Shown: one piece after another, positions 63,951 through 64,000 of the stretch
Numbering within the stretch: position 1 is the first letter of the stretch
Layout of the letters: every line of letters begins with the position of its first letter
Sequence record: NC_054924.1
From: Escherichia phage vB_EcoM_Lutter
Strand: one strand, 5' to 3'
DNA: 64,000 bases
Notes under the pieces: model-generated
What the model saw: only the letters and a program-made list of their open reading frames with translations
What the model was told of the DNA's origin: nothing
Databases searched by the model: none
Made by a program: the position numbers and the translations under genes

Positions 63951-64000
63951 ATGTTTGGTTATTTTTATAATTCGTCTTTTAGACGATATGCTACCTTGAT
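63951..64000 (+). CDS. 15: tail sheath stabiliser/terminator gp15, first 16 codons only
   Basis: ATG at 63951 reads MFGYFYNSSFRRYATL to window end. Confidence 0.7.
   Translation, partial: MFGYFYNSSFRRYATL

Overview
The window is a contiguous segment of a T-even (T4-like, Tequatrovirus-type) phage genome, a close relative of T4 but not T4 itself: the lysozyme differs at several residues and the tRNA set differs. Positions 1-46483 are an early/middle region transcribed almost entirely on the minus strand, in T4 order: 46, 47, a-gt, 55, nrdH/G/D, 49, nrdC and the block after it, rI, tk, regB, denV, internal proteins, e, nudE, an 8-tRNA cluster, ipI-like, 57B, 57A, 1, 3, 2, 4. Positions 46531-64000 are the plus-strand late baseplate/neck operon: 53, 5, 5.1, 5.4, 6, 7, 8, 9, 10, 11, 12, wac, 13, 14 and the start of 15. 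All identifications are from reading the translations and DNA directly; no database search was run. Superimposed on this backbone are five free-standing homing endonuclease genes, a recurring early-promoter motif, hairpin terminators, and T4 late promoters. The most interesting material is accessory: a four-gene array of coiled-coil proteins followed by an ATPase and a nucleotidyltransferase-like protein, a 57B/Acb1-type 2H phosphoesterase, a macro-domain protein, a GrcA-like glycyl-radical protein, five loci with capsid-targeting-sequence internal proteins (one frameshifted), and inverted repeats that would hide ribosome-binding sites in read-through transcripts. I found no single clearly novel system; the coiled-coil array plus ATPase/nucleotidyltransferase block is the best candidate.
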